From Chrysomallon squamiferum (lineage: Eukaryota > Animalia > Mollusca), in the NCBI GenBank assembly GCA_012295275.1, contig CM022679.1:3844001-3908000 (forward strand): a stretch of DNA of 64,000 nucleotides, written 5' to 3'. The notes under the pieces are model-generated. The model was not told the DNA's origin. It searched no databases and worked only from the letters and a program-made list of their open reading frames with translations. This document shows, in pieces, positions 51,548-64,000 of the stretch (position 1 is the stretch's first letter; the number at the start of each line of letters is the position of its first letter). A program made the position numbers and the translations under genes.

Positions 51548-54500
51548 ATGTCAAAGTCCCAATTTGGTAAATATGGAACACTGGAAGTTACTGAATCATT
51601 TGGCACTGAAATATGTAAATTATGTGCCCTTTGTGAGTTCGATTGTTTTGTTTACATCAAATGGATAAATAATCTGGGCAACCGTCGTTTATTTGTCAGC
51701 TTTAAAATACTTTTATACTGCTTTGAAAGGTTCACAAACGAGCTATATTATTTTAAATTTCCCTGAATTTCTTGTACAAATGGCGCGGGTTTTAAGCTGT
51801 ATTTACGTGTCAAAGCCTATTTCTTACGAAGAACAATCAGTGGATCTTATTGTATTGGCTCATTATATTTATTGAAAATCAATACCTTTTAACAGCATGA
51901 ATGTTTTCACATGATTTTTGAAGAGTTTGATCATTATAATTATAATTTTGATGCAGGGGTGTGGTTTTGCTTCCCTCAAGGGTTTTTGTTTGTTTACCCT
52001 TGTTAAAAATGAAATTGCAATTTACTAAATATTGTATACATACAGAAATACACTGAATAAATTTTTTTTTAAATGTCATTTAGCCATTTAAAAAGTTCCT
52101 CAAGTGAAATATGGTTTTGAATTTTAATTCTATACAAAATACTTTTACATTCCAAATTGCTAGCATGCACTAACAGTAAAAATTTAGATTATACTATTTC
52201 ATTGAACATTGTAGATGTTTATAACTGTTTTTAATTTAATTAGGAAATAACGTATAGTTCATACCAGAAGTAACAGTAATTAATATACTGTAGAATTCTG
52301 AGTACAGACATACCTCCGAATTTTAGGTATTATATCATGCACAGGATAAAGCACTCACTTTCATTTAATCATTTGCCATCTTACTAAATTTAGATGAAAT
52401 GTTTAACTTTGCACAAATTTTAGTTATGTATAAGTTTCTACCACAACTTTGAATAAACTGACAGGTATATTTTTAAAAATTATGATTCTGGTCTAAAGTA
52501 CTGAAACAGAAAGTTTTTGTTTGTTAAACAAACAATAACCAAATTTTTGTATAATAACCAACTAAGAAGTATATATTCTGTTATTTGTAAACAATTTTAT
52601 AAAAGACATATATTTGACATTTTATCTTATTTTAGTTAAAATCTAAATTCTGCATAATTAATGATGATACATGTGTTCCTTAGCGTGACGGCTACAATAT
52701 GCTTGTATAATTAACACCATTATATATATGACTGTCAGTACAAACATTGATAGCAAGTTTGAAAAAGTTAAAAATCTTCTAAATATTATTTTGGGAACAA
52801 ATATATGTGAAATTTAAGTATTTCAATCTGCTACCTAATTGAATAAGATTTTATTTTGCTTTGTTATTTTTTTCTTACTATTTTATCTTATTATAATTTT
52901 TTTCTTCTTTCAGGAACAAATAAAGAAGATATATTAATAGTGAGAACTAGTTCTGCTGGATCAGAAACATCAGCAGCAGGAAACGTAGAAATAGGCAACA
53001 ATGTGAATAATTCCAATATTACAATGATAAGGACCTCTGCTGGCATTGTTCTGCCTCAGACATCAAGTTCTGGCTGCCCAGAAATGACAACACTTCAGTC
53101 AATTCAGGCAGAAATTGCCAAGCTACAAGAAGCTGGACTTGTTTCTAAGAACGAAACAATTATTGTTAAGGCGTCTTCAGATGTTGTTGATTCATTAAAA
53201 AACAGTTCACAAACCATTACTGTGAACACCTCAGCAGCTGCAGGAACAAACACTAAACCAGGAGTAGGGCAGATGCAAGTGTCAGTTGTTGAAATTCCTG
53301 TAAATGATGAGAAACCGGTTCTGAAAAGACAGCTACCTTCCACCAGTGCCAATAGTCCTGTTGTTACCAAGGTGATAATCACAAAGAACCCGAACACAAA
53401 TCAGCCACAACCTGTTCCTGTAGATGTAACACAGCTGCAAGGACAGACAGTGTCAGCCAGCTCAGTAACAGCGAGCTCGGTTCCAACAAACACAATACAG
53501 GTGTCAAAATCTCAAACAAAGACTTACACAATCTCATCTCAGGGTACTTTATCACCTGTTAAAAGTGTTCTAGGTGGGCTACCAGTTACACCCACCAAAT
53601 TGACAATACCAGCAAGTCGATTACCGATTTCACCATCAAGGACTCAGACAAAGATCACTATGATCCCTGTATCGATGGCAAAATCTCCACAGAGGATTAT
53701 TGCTGTGTCTTCTGGAAGTTCTCTTGTAACACGGACTATTGCAGACATGTCTAACACACAAACAACAAGTACAGCCACATTGTCAAAGCCATCCACTATA
53801 ACAATGTCCCCATCTAAAGTCATAATTAAACATGGCAATGGGGTAAGCAAACATGGTTTCTTTATTGATAATTAACTTCCTAAAAATTAACCCTGACCAT
53901 AGTTTTAAAACATTATTCCAGTAAGTATTCAAATGTAATTGTTGTTAATATTATCATTATCTAAGTAGTTGCAGTGCTTAAGTTTCTTCAACAGTTTCAA
54001 GTTGTTTTTCATGTGATAATAATAGCAAGCAGTCCAGGAGTTTATAAAAAAGATTCTTAAGATTCATACAATTATTATATAAAAAGTTAATGACAGACTG
54101 GTCAGATTTAGTATATCCAGAATACAACAAAAATTAAAATTATTGTAGTAAGGAAGTTTAACTTATAATATATACCTGTTTTTATACAGCACAAAGAAAA
54201 AACATTGAAATTCAAGTATTTCTGCACACCATTCTTTTTACACTAATTTTAAGTGAATCTCTGTGTTAAGTACTGTTTACTTCTTTGCTGTAATTCTATT
54301 TTTCTTCAGTGATTGGGCTTGAAAATTCATCACCAGTTTAAAAACCTAACATTTTAACCTTTCACTGCTGTAGTTTTTCTCTATGATTTTTGTAAATGTC
54401 ATATTGATGTAACCTTTAAAAAAAGTGATATTACCTCTTCTGAAAAGATTTTACTCAATCTAACAAAAGCAAAAGATAAAAAAAAAAAAAAAAGACACAT

Positions 54501-56934
54501 TTTTAAAATGTATTTTTTTTATATAAATATTTTTTAAAAATAAAATGAGAAGTTTAGATATTTATTATTACAGCAGAAGGTGCTAGCTCAGGTGAAAAAT
54601 CCACCAGCTATAGCACCAGCCCAGCCAGCCATTCGACCACTTACTTTTGGATCAGGTATTCAACAAATACAAGTTCCAGGCAGCAAGTTCCACTATGTGC
54701 GACTTGTTTCTCCAACATCAACATCTAACACAGGTATTTTTTTTTTTAGTGTGATGGTGCCTGTTTCTTCAGTATGTTTCCTGTATAATAATGTAATAGT
54801 ACATTTATCTTGAAAACAATTACACCTTTTGTTAGTTCATTCTGTTAAATTAGAGCTACCTCAAGAAGAGAAATACAAAATTGCAGACTGGTCTAGGACA
54901 GTTGGACAAAATATATCTGTGACAAAGTTGTGTTTATTCTTATAATTTCCTTTATTTTTTAATTTTAATTTTTTTTAAATTTATTTTAATTATTTTTTTT
55001 TCCTTCTTTTTACTAAGTATTCAAAGAATAATAAAAGCTGGGAAATCCATTAAAGCAATGAAAATAGTTATATGTAGTTTGACAAAATATATTGAAAATA
55101 TCTTTATACAGGATTGGTAAAATTTAAATAATTTAAAGTGTTTGTGATGATTCACTGATAATGTTTTTTGCTTTGATGACTATTTATACCTGGTAGATGA
55201 AAACTAGGTAGTTTTTTTTTTTTTTTTTTTTTTTTTTTGAAATTACATTTATTTGTGAACTTTATTGAAACAATAAAATACTCAAGGGGGACTTTGATAG
55301 TTGTTTTATTTTTAATTTTTATATTTGTCTGTGTGTAAATTTAATTTTTAATTTATTTATAAATTATATAAACATTTGTTTGGATTTGTTTTTTATTCCT
55401 AAAAAAAGTAATAAGTGAATTTATTATTATTATTATTTATTTATTTTGAAAAACTTCCAAGATTTAAATAGATTTTAATAATATGATCTCTTTTTTTTTT
55501 TTTTTTTTTTTTTTTTCTCTCTCTCTACCTCTTTCAAAACACACACACACAGTCACACACACCAAACATTTCAACCTTTGTCCATTAGTGTAATTGTGAG
55601 AATGAGTACTTGCACGATTTTTTTTTTTTTTTTTTTTTTTTTTGTTTTTTAATTTTGTATTTTAATAATATTTTCTTCCAGTTCATAAACCCATGTCAAC
55701 AATAGCCCAAGTTGTGCAAACAAGTCGTCCAATAGCACCTGCATCAGTAGCAACCAATACTCAGTCCAGTTCAGCACAGGTCAAAATCACATTGCCTGTT
55801 CAAACACCACAGATGGTATGGATTTTAATATTTTATTGCCTTGACTTTCAAATGTGGATCATGGGTAACCATAATGATTAAAATGTAGTACAAGAAATAG
55901 GTCAAGGCTGTAGAAAACAACCCCTGAATTGATAAAAAGTATTGTTGTCTTTGTTCATGTGTTGTTTTTTTCCCAAAAAATGAGTGTCAGAATTTAGTAG
56001 TAGTTGTTGTAATAATTATTATTAGAAATGTAAATCGAAATTTTTTTATTTAAAATGTTTTATGTAAATGGCTTTTGATGAAGATTGATTTCTTTTTTCC
56101 TTTTGTTGTTTTATTCTTATTTTATTTAATTTTTTTCATTTAAAAAACAAAAACATTAATCAATTTTTCCATTTAAAAATTAGTCACAAACTTTTGTCTG
56201 TACATACACATGTGTATCTCTGTGTGTGCCTCTGTACACTTACATACAAAATTTGAAAAAAATATTTATATATATTTTTTTCCACTCTGTAGGTAACTCC
56301 GAAATCTGTGTTATCAGGAGGTGGCCAGAATGTTCAGCGGATACTGCTTCCTAATACCACTTCAATCCGGCCAGCTACAACCACAGTTCAAATACGACCT
56401 GCGAGCACACAGAATGTGCAGGGCTTGCCCCCAGGGACCGCTATTATATCTAGCACTGGAAATATACCCAGTCTGCAAGGCTTTGCTCTGGTTCCTGCTA
56501 ATTACGTAACACAGGTAGAATTTACTTTTACTTTTTAACAGAGATAGTAATTTTGATTTGGTTTGTAACATTTGCTAATGTTGTTTTTGTTTTTTGTTGT
56601 GGTCTTTTTTAATTTTCTTAATTTTTTATTTTTTATTTGTGTAATGAGATCAAATATAACTGTCTTTATTAACTTAACACTTGAATCAATGAAAATTTTA
56701 TGTTTTCAAGTCCTACTATTGTGCTAATATTAGTAGTTAATAGATACAAACATACAACAAAATCTGTCACTTCATTGTCAGACAAACTATTTAAGTTTGC
56801 ATTTATTTTGTATTACAATTTTTTGTTTGATATTAAAATAATTGTTTTTAATTATTTGTTCTCAGATTCAGCAGCAACTGGTCAAGTCATCTCAACAACA
56901 GACAACACAGCTGTCTAACCAAACAGCAACTCAA

Positions 56935-56969
<35 letters not shown>

Positions 56970-59900
56970 ACAACAACAACAACAACGTGATTATGTACAA
57001 ATTGCCAGCAGTGATCCAAATGTTACTGCAAACACTATTTCTAGGAATTCTGTTAATGGGTTAGTGTTAATTTATTCAGAATTTATCTAGACTTGTAATT
57101 ATGTGGATCTATTCAATTTGTATTGTTTAAATTTATGTAAACTCTGAAGTGACTATTGCAGAAAGGTGCAACCAAAGAAAATAATAAACATGACTTAAGT
57201 AAACTTTGATTTCTATAATTAATTCTAAAAACATGAAATCCTTTCATTAGATAATTTAATTATTATTGGGTGGTTTTTTGTGGGGGGGGTCTCAGTTTAT
57301 TCAATTTTTTATTAAAGAAAAAATAAAGAAAATTTTAAACATAAAATTTTAAGAGAATTTTAAATTAGTTTACTGCACCTTTTGTTGTCACCATAACTAT
57401 TTACAACTTCTTCAGGTTCCTTTTTTTCTTTCTATGTTTTTTGCTGTTTTTTTTTTTTTATATCATTTTATCAAAAGTAGATGACATGAGAAAAAATTTT
57501 TTGATGACATTATGTTAGTATCAAAGCAGTTTCTCCTTCTATTCAAGTATAGCACTGTTTAAAAATGTTAAAAAGCCTAGTTTAAATTACAGACACATCC
57601 AAAAGATCACTGCTACTCCAAAAAGCCTGGCAGCAGTGTGTATCCTCTTTCATATGTTTATTTTTAAAATGTTTGACTCTTAATAAACCTTTAATATTTA
57701 AATATGTTCATATATTTAATCAGTTACTGAAAAATAATTAAAAATTGTTTTTTTTTGTGTTTTTTTTTTTAATTTTTATTTGTTTGTTTGTTTGTTTCAG
57801 TACAACATTAGAAGCCACAGGTGCTCGTCCGAGAAAACCATGCAATTGTACAAAGTCTCAGTGTCTAAAGTTGTAAGTTGTCAGCAACACAGCACAGTAA
57901 ATAAGTATAAAAAAATGAGTAAATAAATAAAAAATAAGTAAAAAGCAAAATGGATTATATAAATAAAACAAGCTTAGATTACACATGTTATTACAGGCAT
58001 AAAAGTTTAACACTTAATGTCACTTTATTTTAACATTTTCCATTTCTTGATATCTCAGATGTTACTTTATGCGAATATAAATGTCTTTTGCATGCAGTGT
58101 AAAATAGTTAAAGGAAATTAAAGTAACTGTTTAAAAAAGAAGAAGAAGAAAAATTCTCTGTAATTGAAAAATATTAACTGTAATTCATTATAAGGTGATG
58201 AAAAGGATTAATTTATAAAGATAATGTGTTTATAAGACAATCAGTGTTTAAAAATAGGCTCATTCAATTCATTAATTGTTTTTACAGATATTGTGATTGT
58301 TTTGCCAATGGTGAATTTTGTCATAACTGTAACTGTACGAGTTGTGCCAACAATCTGGAACATGAAGAAGAGAGGTCACGTGCCATTAAATCGTGCCTTG
58401 ATAGAAATCCAATGGCATTTCATCCAAAGATTGGAAAAACAGGTAAGAAAATAAAAATATGTGCTAAGATACTAATGTATTTTGTATGGATTTGCAGATA
58501 TATAAAATTGTTCTCTTTCTTTCTGTTTTGTATACCACTTTTTCACTTTTTCCTTTTTTTTTTTTACAAAAAAAATTGAAATAATGTTCTGTTGCTCTCT
58601 ATTTTTATATACCAAAGAAAATATATATTAAAAAATATTTCCCAGTTTTTAATTTTTTTTTTTTTTTTCAAACATAAAAAAATAATAATGAAAAAAAAAA
58701 CAGTTGACAAAGCAAGACATTCATTTTTTGTATTGTTAATTGACCTGATAGTATAATGAGTTTCTAAAACCCCAAAAATATTTTGTTTATAATTGTTTGT
58801 TATTTTTTGTTTTTTAATGTAAGTTTTGTGTTAATTGCAGGGCGAGGAAGTGCAAAAGATTCAGGGCGTAGACACAACAAAGGGTGCAATTGTAAAAGAT
58901 CAGGATGTCTAAAAAATTACTGTGAATGTTACGAGGTGAGACATGTTGGGTTTTTTTTGTCTAAAGAAATAAAAAGTTACTCTTCATTACTTTTCAAATC
59001 TTGAATGTATAAGGCATGACAAAAAAGTAAATGAGACAACTATGTACAACCAATTTGCATACATGAGATTTAACCTGTTTATTTTACTTTAATTTGTATT
59101 TGAATCAGAGAAAGTTATACGTTTTGTTACCCCTATTAAATTATTATAAATATGTGTGAACTGTTATATTACATATAATATATATACTTTTTTTTTTTTT
59201 TTTTTTTTTTTTTCAGGCTAAAATTATGTGCTCAAATATATGCAGATGTATTGGTTGTAAAAACTTTGAGGAAAGTCCAGAAAGAAAGACGTTGATGCAT
59301 TTAGCAGATGCAGCAGAAGTAAGGGTACAGCAACAAACTGCTGCAAAAACAAAACTCTCCACCCAGATGTCTGGCTTACCATCTAAACCACCACTTTCTT
59401 CTGGAAGTGGAGAAAGGTATTTGTTTTGTTGTTGTTGTTTGGTTGGTTGGTTTTTTTTATTTATTTTTTTGCATGTTTGTAAATATCTGGCTTAAGAGAT
59501 AAACCACCACTTTCTTCTGGAAGTGGAGAAAGGAATTAATATAACTTAAATAATTCAGCAACTAAATCATCATGTTTTCTTATCTTTTAAAAATTAGGCA
59601 AAATAAATTAAGAAGTTTATATCGAAATAATTCTCTACATTTTATTCAATATTAAAATAATACTGACAGTTGTGTTCACGTTTTATAATGTAATAGTAAA
59701 AATTACAAAATATGTATATTTTATAACAAATTAGTCCTTACAATAATTGATGTTCTTTTTAATTTTAATAAGATGTATATAAGTATAAAAAAAATTATTA
59801 CATTAATACTAATACATTCATTGCTTAAATTATATTTTATAATATAATAATAAATATCACTATTTTGCAACACTAAGTGTTTATTAATACAGATAATATA

Positions 59901-60738
59901 TAGTATATACAGTGATATTTAATTACAGTTTTAAATCAGCAAATAAACAAGTATAAGTGAATGCAGTTTTGTAGTACCTGGCTAAAACTATGGGTTCTTC
60001 ATTTCAGATACTACAGGCATCTTGTATTCAACTTATCTTTGAGTACTCACCAAGTGAATTCCTTTTACATTAAAATATTTTATCAACTGTTCAACTCAAA
60101 ATTTCTATTTCACTTTGTTTTTGATTATTATTTTTGCAGATTACCTTTTACTCTGATAACAACTGAGGTAGCTGAGGCAACTTGTGCTTGTTTGTTGGCA
60201 CAAGCAGAAGAGGCTGAACGGTTAAAGATGCCTCCAGTTGTTCAGGAAAGAATGGTGATTGAGGAATTTGGTCGCTGCCTCATGCAAATTATAGAATCTG
60301 CAAACAAAACAAAAAGTATAACTTTTTTCTTCAGTTTTCTGTTTTCTCCCACAGAGCTCACTCATTAACTGTCTCTTTTTTTCTGTGTCGAATTGTATTT
60401 TTATAAATGATCATAATTTTGTGTCTCTAAAGTTCCCTTATTTCTATTTAATTTTTTTTTTTTTTTTTTTTTTTTTGTAACTTTTCTAATTCATTTTTTT
60501 TTTTTTTTTTTTCTGTTTTTATCAAAAAGACCACTATTTGTGCTTTCATCTAAGAGATGTGATACATAACATGTTCCTTTCCGAGATTTGATGAGTAGCC
60601 CAGAGTCATAAAATCATAGTAGTTGGTTTGAGGAATTGCAGCAAATGTTTTTTCATTTTAAAACTAAATGAATATATTTTGATGTACTTGTATGTAGTTG
60701 ATTCTGTTTTTCTTTCAGTAAGTGACCAGGTTCTCTGA
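51548..60738 (+). CDS. LIN54: LIN54 / tesmin-like MuvB (DREAM) subunit with two CXC domains
   Basis: Approx. exons 52914-53842, 54574-54732, 55682-55815, 56293-56514, 56867-57058, 57801-57872 ([16 protein letters not shown]), 58288-58442 ([21 protein letters not shown]), 58841-58935 ([21 protein letters not shown]), 59217-59416, 60140-60316. First (51548-51566) and last (60719-60738) exons are tentative. Confidence 0.92.
56932..56986 (+). repeat. CAG/CAA polyglutamine tract in LIN54
   Basis: Run of ~18 Gln codons within an exon. Confidence 0.85.
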
Positions 60739-63700
60739 TGTCTGTGTAATACATAAACTTAATGACTGTGAAAAGACTGATTCAACAGACCAGCCAAAGG
60801 CTGAGTGAAATCTGTGAGAACTTCTACAACTCGCACACAATTTTATATCATCTGACCTGAATGAATATGAATTGTGAATCTAGTTCAGATCTTTTTTTAA
60901 AAAAGAAAACACTTAAAAACACACAGAAAAACAAAACCTCTGAACTACAGAAAACCTATTAGAAATGGTGCCTAGAGGTGAAGTATTACAAAATTAAATT
61001 GTGTATTCAACTTCATTGATTTCATGGCTTGACAGAAACCAGCTGGTTCCCAAGAGCTACATATAAGAACTGTAAATTGTTCAAGATTCCATACAGAGAA
61101 TGAAAACTGTAAGCCTAAAACCCTGTTTTCAAAAGTGATGGTTAATTTAGCTGTTGGCAGCCATTAGGTGAAATTCAGCAAGAAAATTGGAACAGGGATA
61201 CAAAGGACAGGACCACGCCAGTGATCAGCAAATGTTTCAATTCATTAAACACATCACTCAGTAACTTTATTAATTAGTTGTGTAATAAAGTATTCAGGAA
61301 TTTATTCATGAAGATCCTTCAAGGTGTTTTGTGTGCCGAATGCTTATGTGTGTCAACATTTTTGCAGTTTGTAAATGTACAGCCTTTTTGATAGTGCAAT
61401 TAAATACTGAATAATATTTGTAGATTAAATATTAAATTTATTAATTTAATTTCTAAGCTTAAAATAGGTAAAGATAAAATATATAATAAACTATTTTATG
61501 TGAATAGTATCCAGAACATATAGATATTTTCCCTGTTTTGTTCATTGTGTCCCCTTTTTTATTTATTTTACATTCTGATCTGTAATCTGCTTGAGTCACA
61601 AGATCTATCTTTATCAGTTGAACCACTTGGCTATTTTCAATAATCTTATGAAAAAGAATTCACTTTGAAAACATTAAACTGTGTTTATATTTTTTTACTC
61701 TTTTTCTTTTTTTTTTAAACAAGAAAAGAAGAAATGCATATTAAATTGAGCTGAAAGTCTAGCTGTTTGTGTGTTTTTATATTTTAGGCCACACTTCTTA
61801 TGCTTGCGATCATTACAAAGATTTCATTGCTTTTTAAGTGACAATTACTTACCTGTTTTTAAGCTTTGATATATATGGGTATAAAATGCAAACATTTATA
61901 TCCATTACATTTAATGTGATATGAGCCATGGTAATATGTTGTTAAGTATTTATAAATTACCTCAGCAGTTTGTTATGTATGACGGAAATGTAATTAACAA
62001 ACATTTATTAAATAAAATTGAATCATAAATTATTTTGAGGGGGCTATGGATGCTTTTCTTTTTTTTTTTTTAATAATAGAAAATCACATTGTTCCAGAAT
62101 TATTTTAAATAATTGTATATCTCTAGATTTTATTGAGTAAAATTGTTGTTGTCTTTTCATTTTTTATTATTAACATTGTGGAATGAATTTTCAAAGTCTA
62201 TTACAAAGTTAATATATATTTTAACATGATAAAAACAGACATTGCAAATAATATTTAGCATGATTAATTTAGAAATGTTAATTATTATATGAAATACAAT
62301 GAAGTTATACTTTATTTTATTGTATATTTTTTAACATGATAAATCTTTAATAAATTCAGTAAGAGTAATTCATTTACTTGATTGTATGCATTTTCTTTTA
62401 CATGTATCTGTGACCTTCCCTGCAATTGTTCCTATCTCATTCCTCCTTTCAATCTCTGTCTATAATATATTTTTGTAAAAATGTAAAATTCAGAAATAGA
62501 AACCAGAATCTGAATTTTTGTATTATTTATCTATATTTTTTAACAGATTTGTTCATTGTTTTATAAATGTTTTTGTTTATTTATGTTTTATGTTTTTCTT
62601 TTTAATTTTTTCATTCGTGTTTTTTTTTTTTTTCAATATCTTCTTTGTTAGTAGTTACTGTTTTCATCAGACTGAAATATTCTTCAGGTTAATAATAAAA
62701 TTGTGCCATAAGTATCATTATTTTGTTAAAATATAGATCATAATCATTCTAGCATTATTGCAGAATGTTACATAGCTGTATCTATAAGGAGACAGCATTA
62801 TGCAGTAATATTAAAATAATATAAACAGTTGCACTAACTGTGTTCTACCACAAACAAGCAAAGCACTATATAACCACCTTTACATATCATTTAGTTTTGA
62901 CAAGTAAAGATTCTTATCTGGCTGTTAAAATCACATTGTTGTTATTATTATTATATAGGATATTAATTGTGAAAATATTGGAGGGCTTAAGAGGTTGACT
63001 GAAAATGGACAAATACTAGGGTATACAGCAATCAGTTGTTAAATATATTTAAATTTCCTTTTTGTTTGTTTGTTGAATGTTCTAAACTGTATGAAATCCA
63101 GATTCCTGATTTATGTCAGACTCACTTTATAGAGTGGAAGTAGATGTATAGGGACACACAGGGTTGTTATGATATGCAAACTTAAGACTCTTTGAGATGT
63201 GTACAAGGAAAGAGATGGTTTAAAAATTACAGATTGTGTCTGCAAATATGTTGTCTCCAAATTGTCATTTGATATGATGAGCACCAGGATTACTGAACTG
63301 TTTCATATTCCATCACCTGCCACTGCATAATATCTGAAATTCACTGTGCTAATTGAAAAATGCAAGCATTTTTTTTCTAAAAGATCTTCTATTTTAAGAA
63401 ATGTATGGCATTCGATAACAGGATCAATTATTAATCACTATGCTCTGTTAAGCTTACGGAAATCTTTATAAAAATAGATACAGTGAGAAGTAACGCAGTT
63501 TATTCTGTTTTCTAATGTTTATGCTCCTTATAACTTTTTTATTTAATGTTTTCATGTATCCACTGTTTAAAGTACATAAACAGTATAATTTACATGGTGA
63601 CTGATTATTTTGTCCATAGTTTAGCATGCACAAACACATCATATCCACATACACAAAGCATATTTAAAATAGTTAATTATTTTGGTAACTAATAATGTTT

Positions 63701-63931
63701 AGTGACGTTTGTTATTCTGAGTTTATTTACTTATTATTTATAGCACATATAATATAGCCTTATAAAATGCATATATATTAACTGAGTTAAAGTATGGAAT
63801 TGAGATGTTGAATAATAGTCATAATTTTTTTTCTTTTTAAAAACTTAATTAAATGAAAATACAAATAGATTTGTTATGGGTTTGTTTTGTTGGGTTTTTA
63901 GTTTTTTATTTTAACTTCATCATCATCATCA

Positions 63932-63978
<47 letters not shown>

Positions 63979-64000
63979 TTGATCCATTAAAATCTGTGTC

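Noticed and set aside
60740-64000. Additional genes after LIN54
   Set aside because: AT-rich UTR or intergenic sequence with only short uninformative ORFs.

Overview
AT-rich eukaryotic DNA from an invertebrate animal (mollusc/lophotrochozoan-like by inference), with GT-AG introns, many microsatellites and one 200-N gap (9179-9378). Bases 1-34.4 kb are a rearranged tandem/segmental-duplication zone. It holds seven whole or partial copies of a 3-exon claudin/PMP22-like gene (- strand), two intronless class A GPCR copies (one frameshifted), decayed cadherin exons, an internally deleted Tigger/pogo element and a tRNA-derived SINE-like head. It also holds three copies (plus a promoter-only remnant) of an unannotated unit: CRE/TATA promoter, then a ~240-nt rod-like imperfect hairpin, then a canonical histone 3' stem-loop with downstream element, with no histone coding sequence. 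This unit is the best candidate for an undescribed system: a structured, probably non-coding RNA that may use histone-type 3'-end processing. Bases 36.6-61 kb are single-copy: a selenocysteine-encoding SelU/PRXL2A gene (in-frame TGA in UxxC plus a SECIS), then COPS4 and LIN54 head-to-head around a promoter with E2F and CDE/CHR sites. All exon structures and pairings were read by eye and need computational confirmation.
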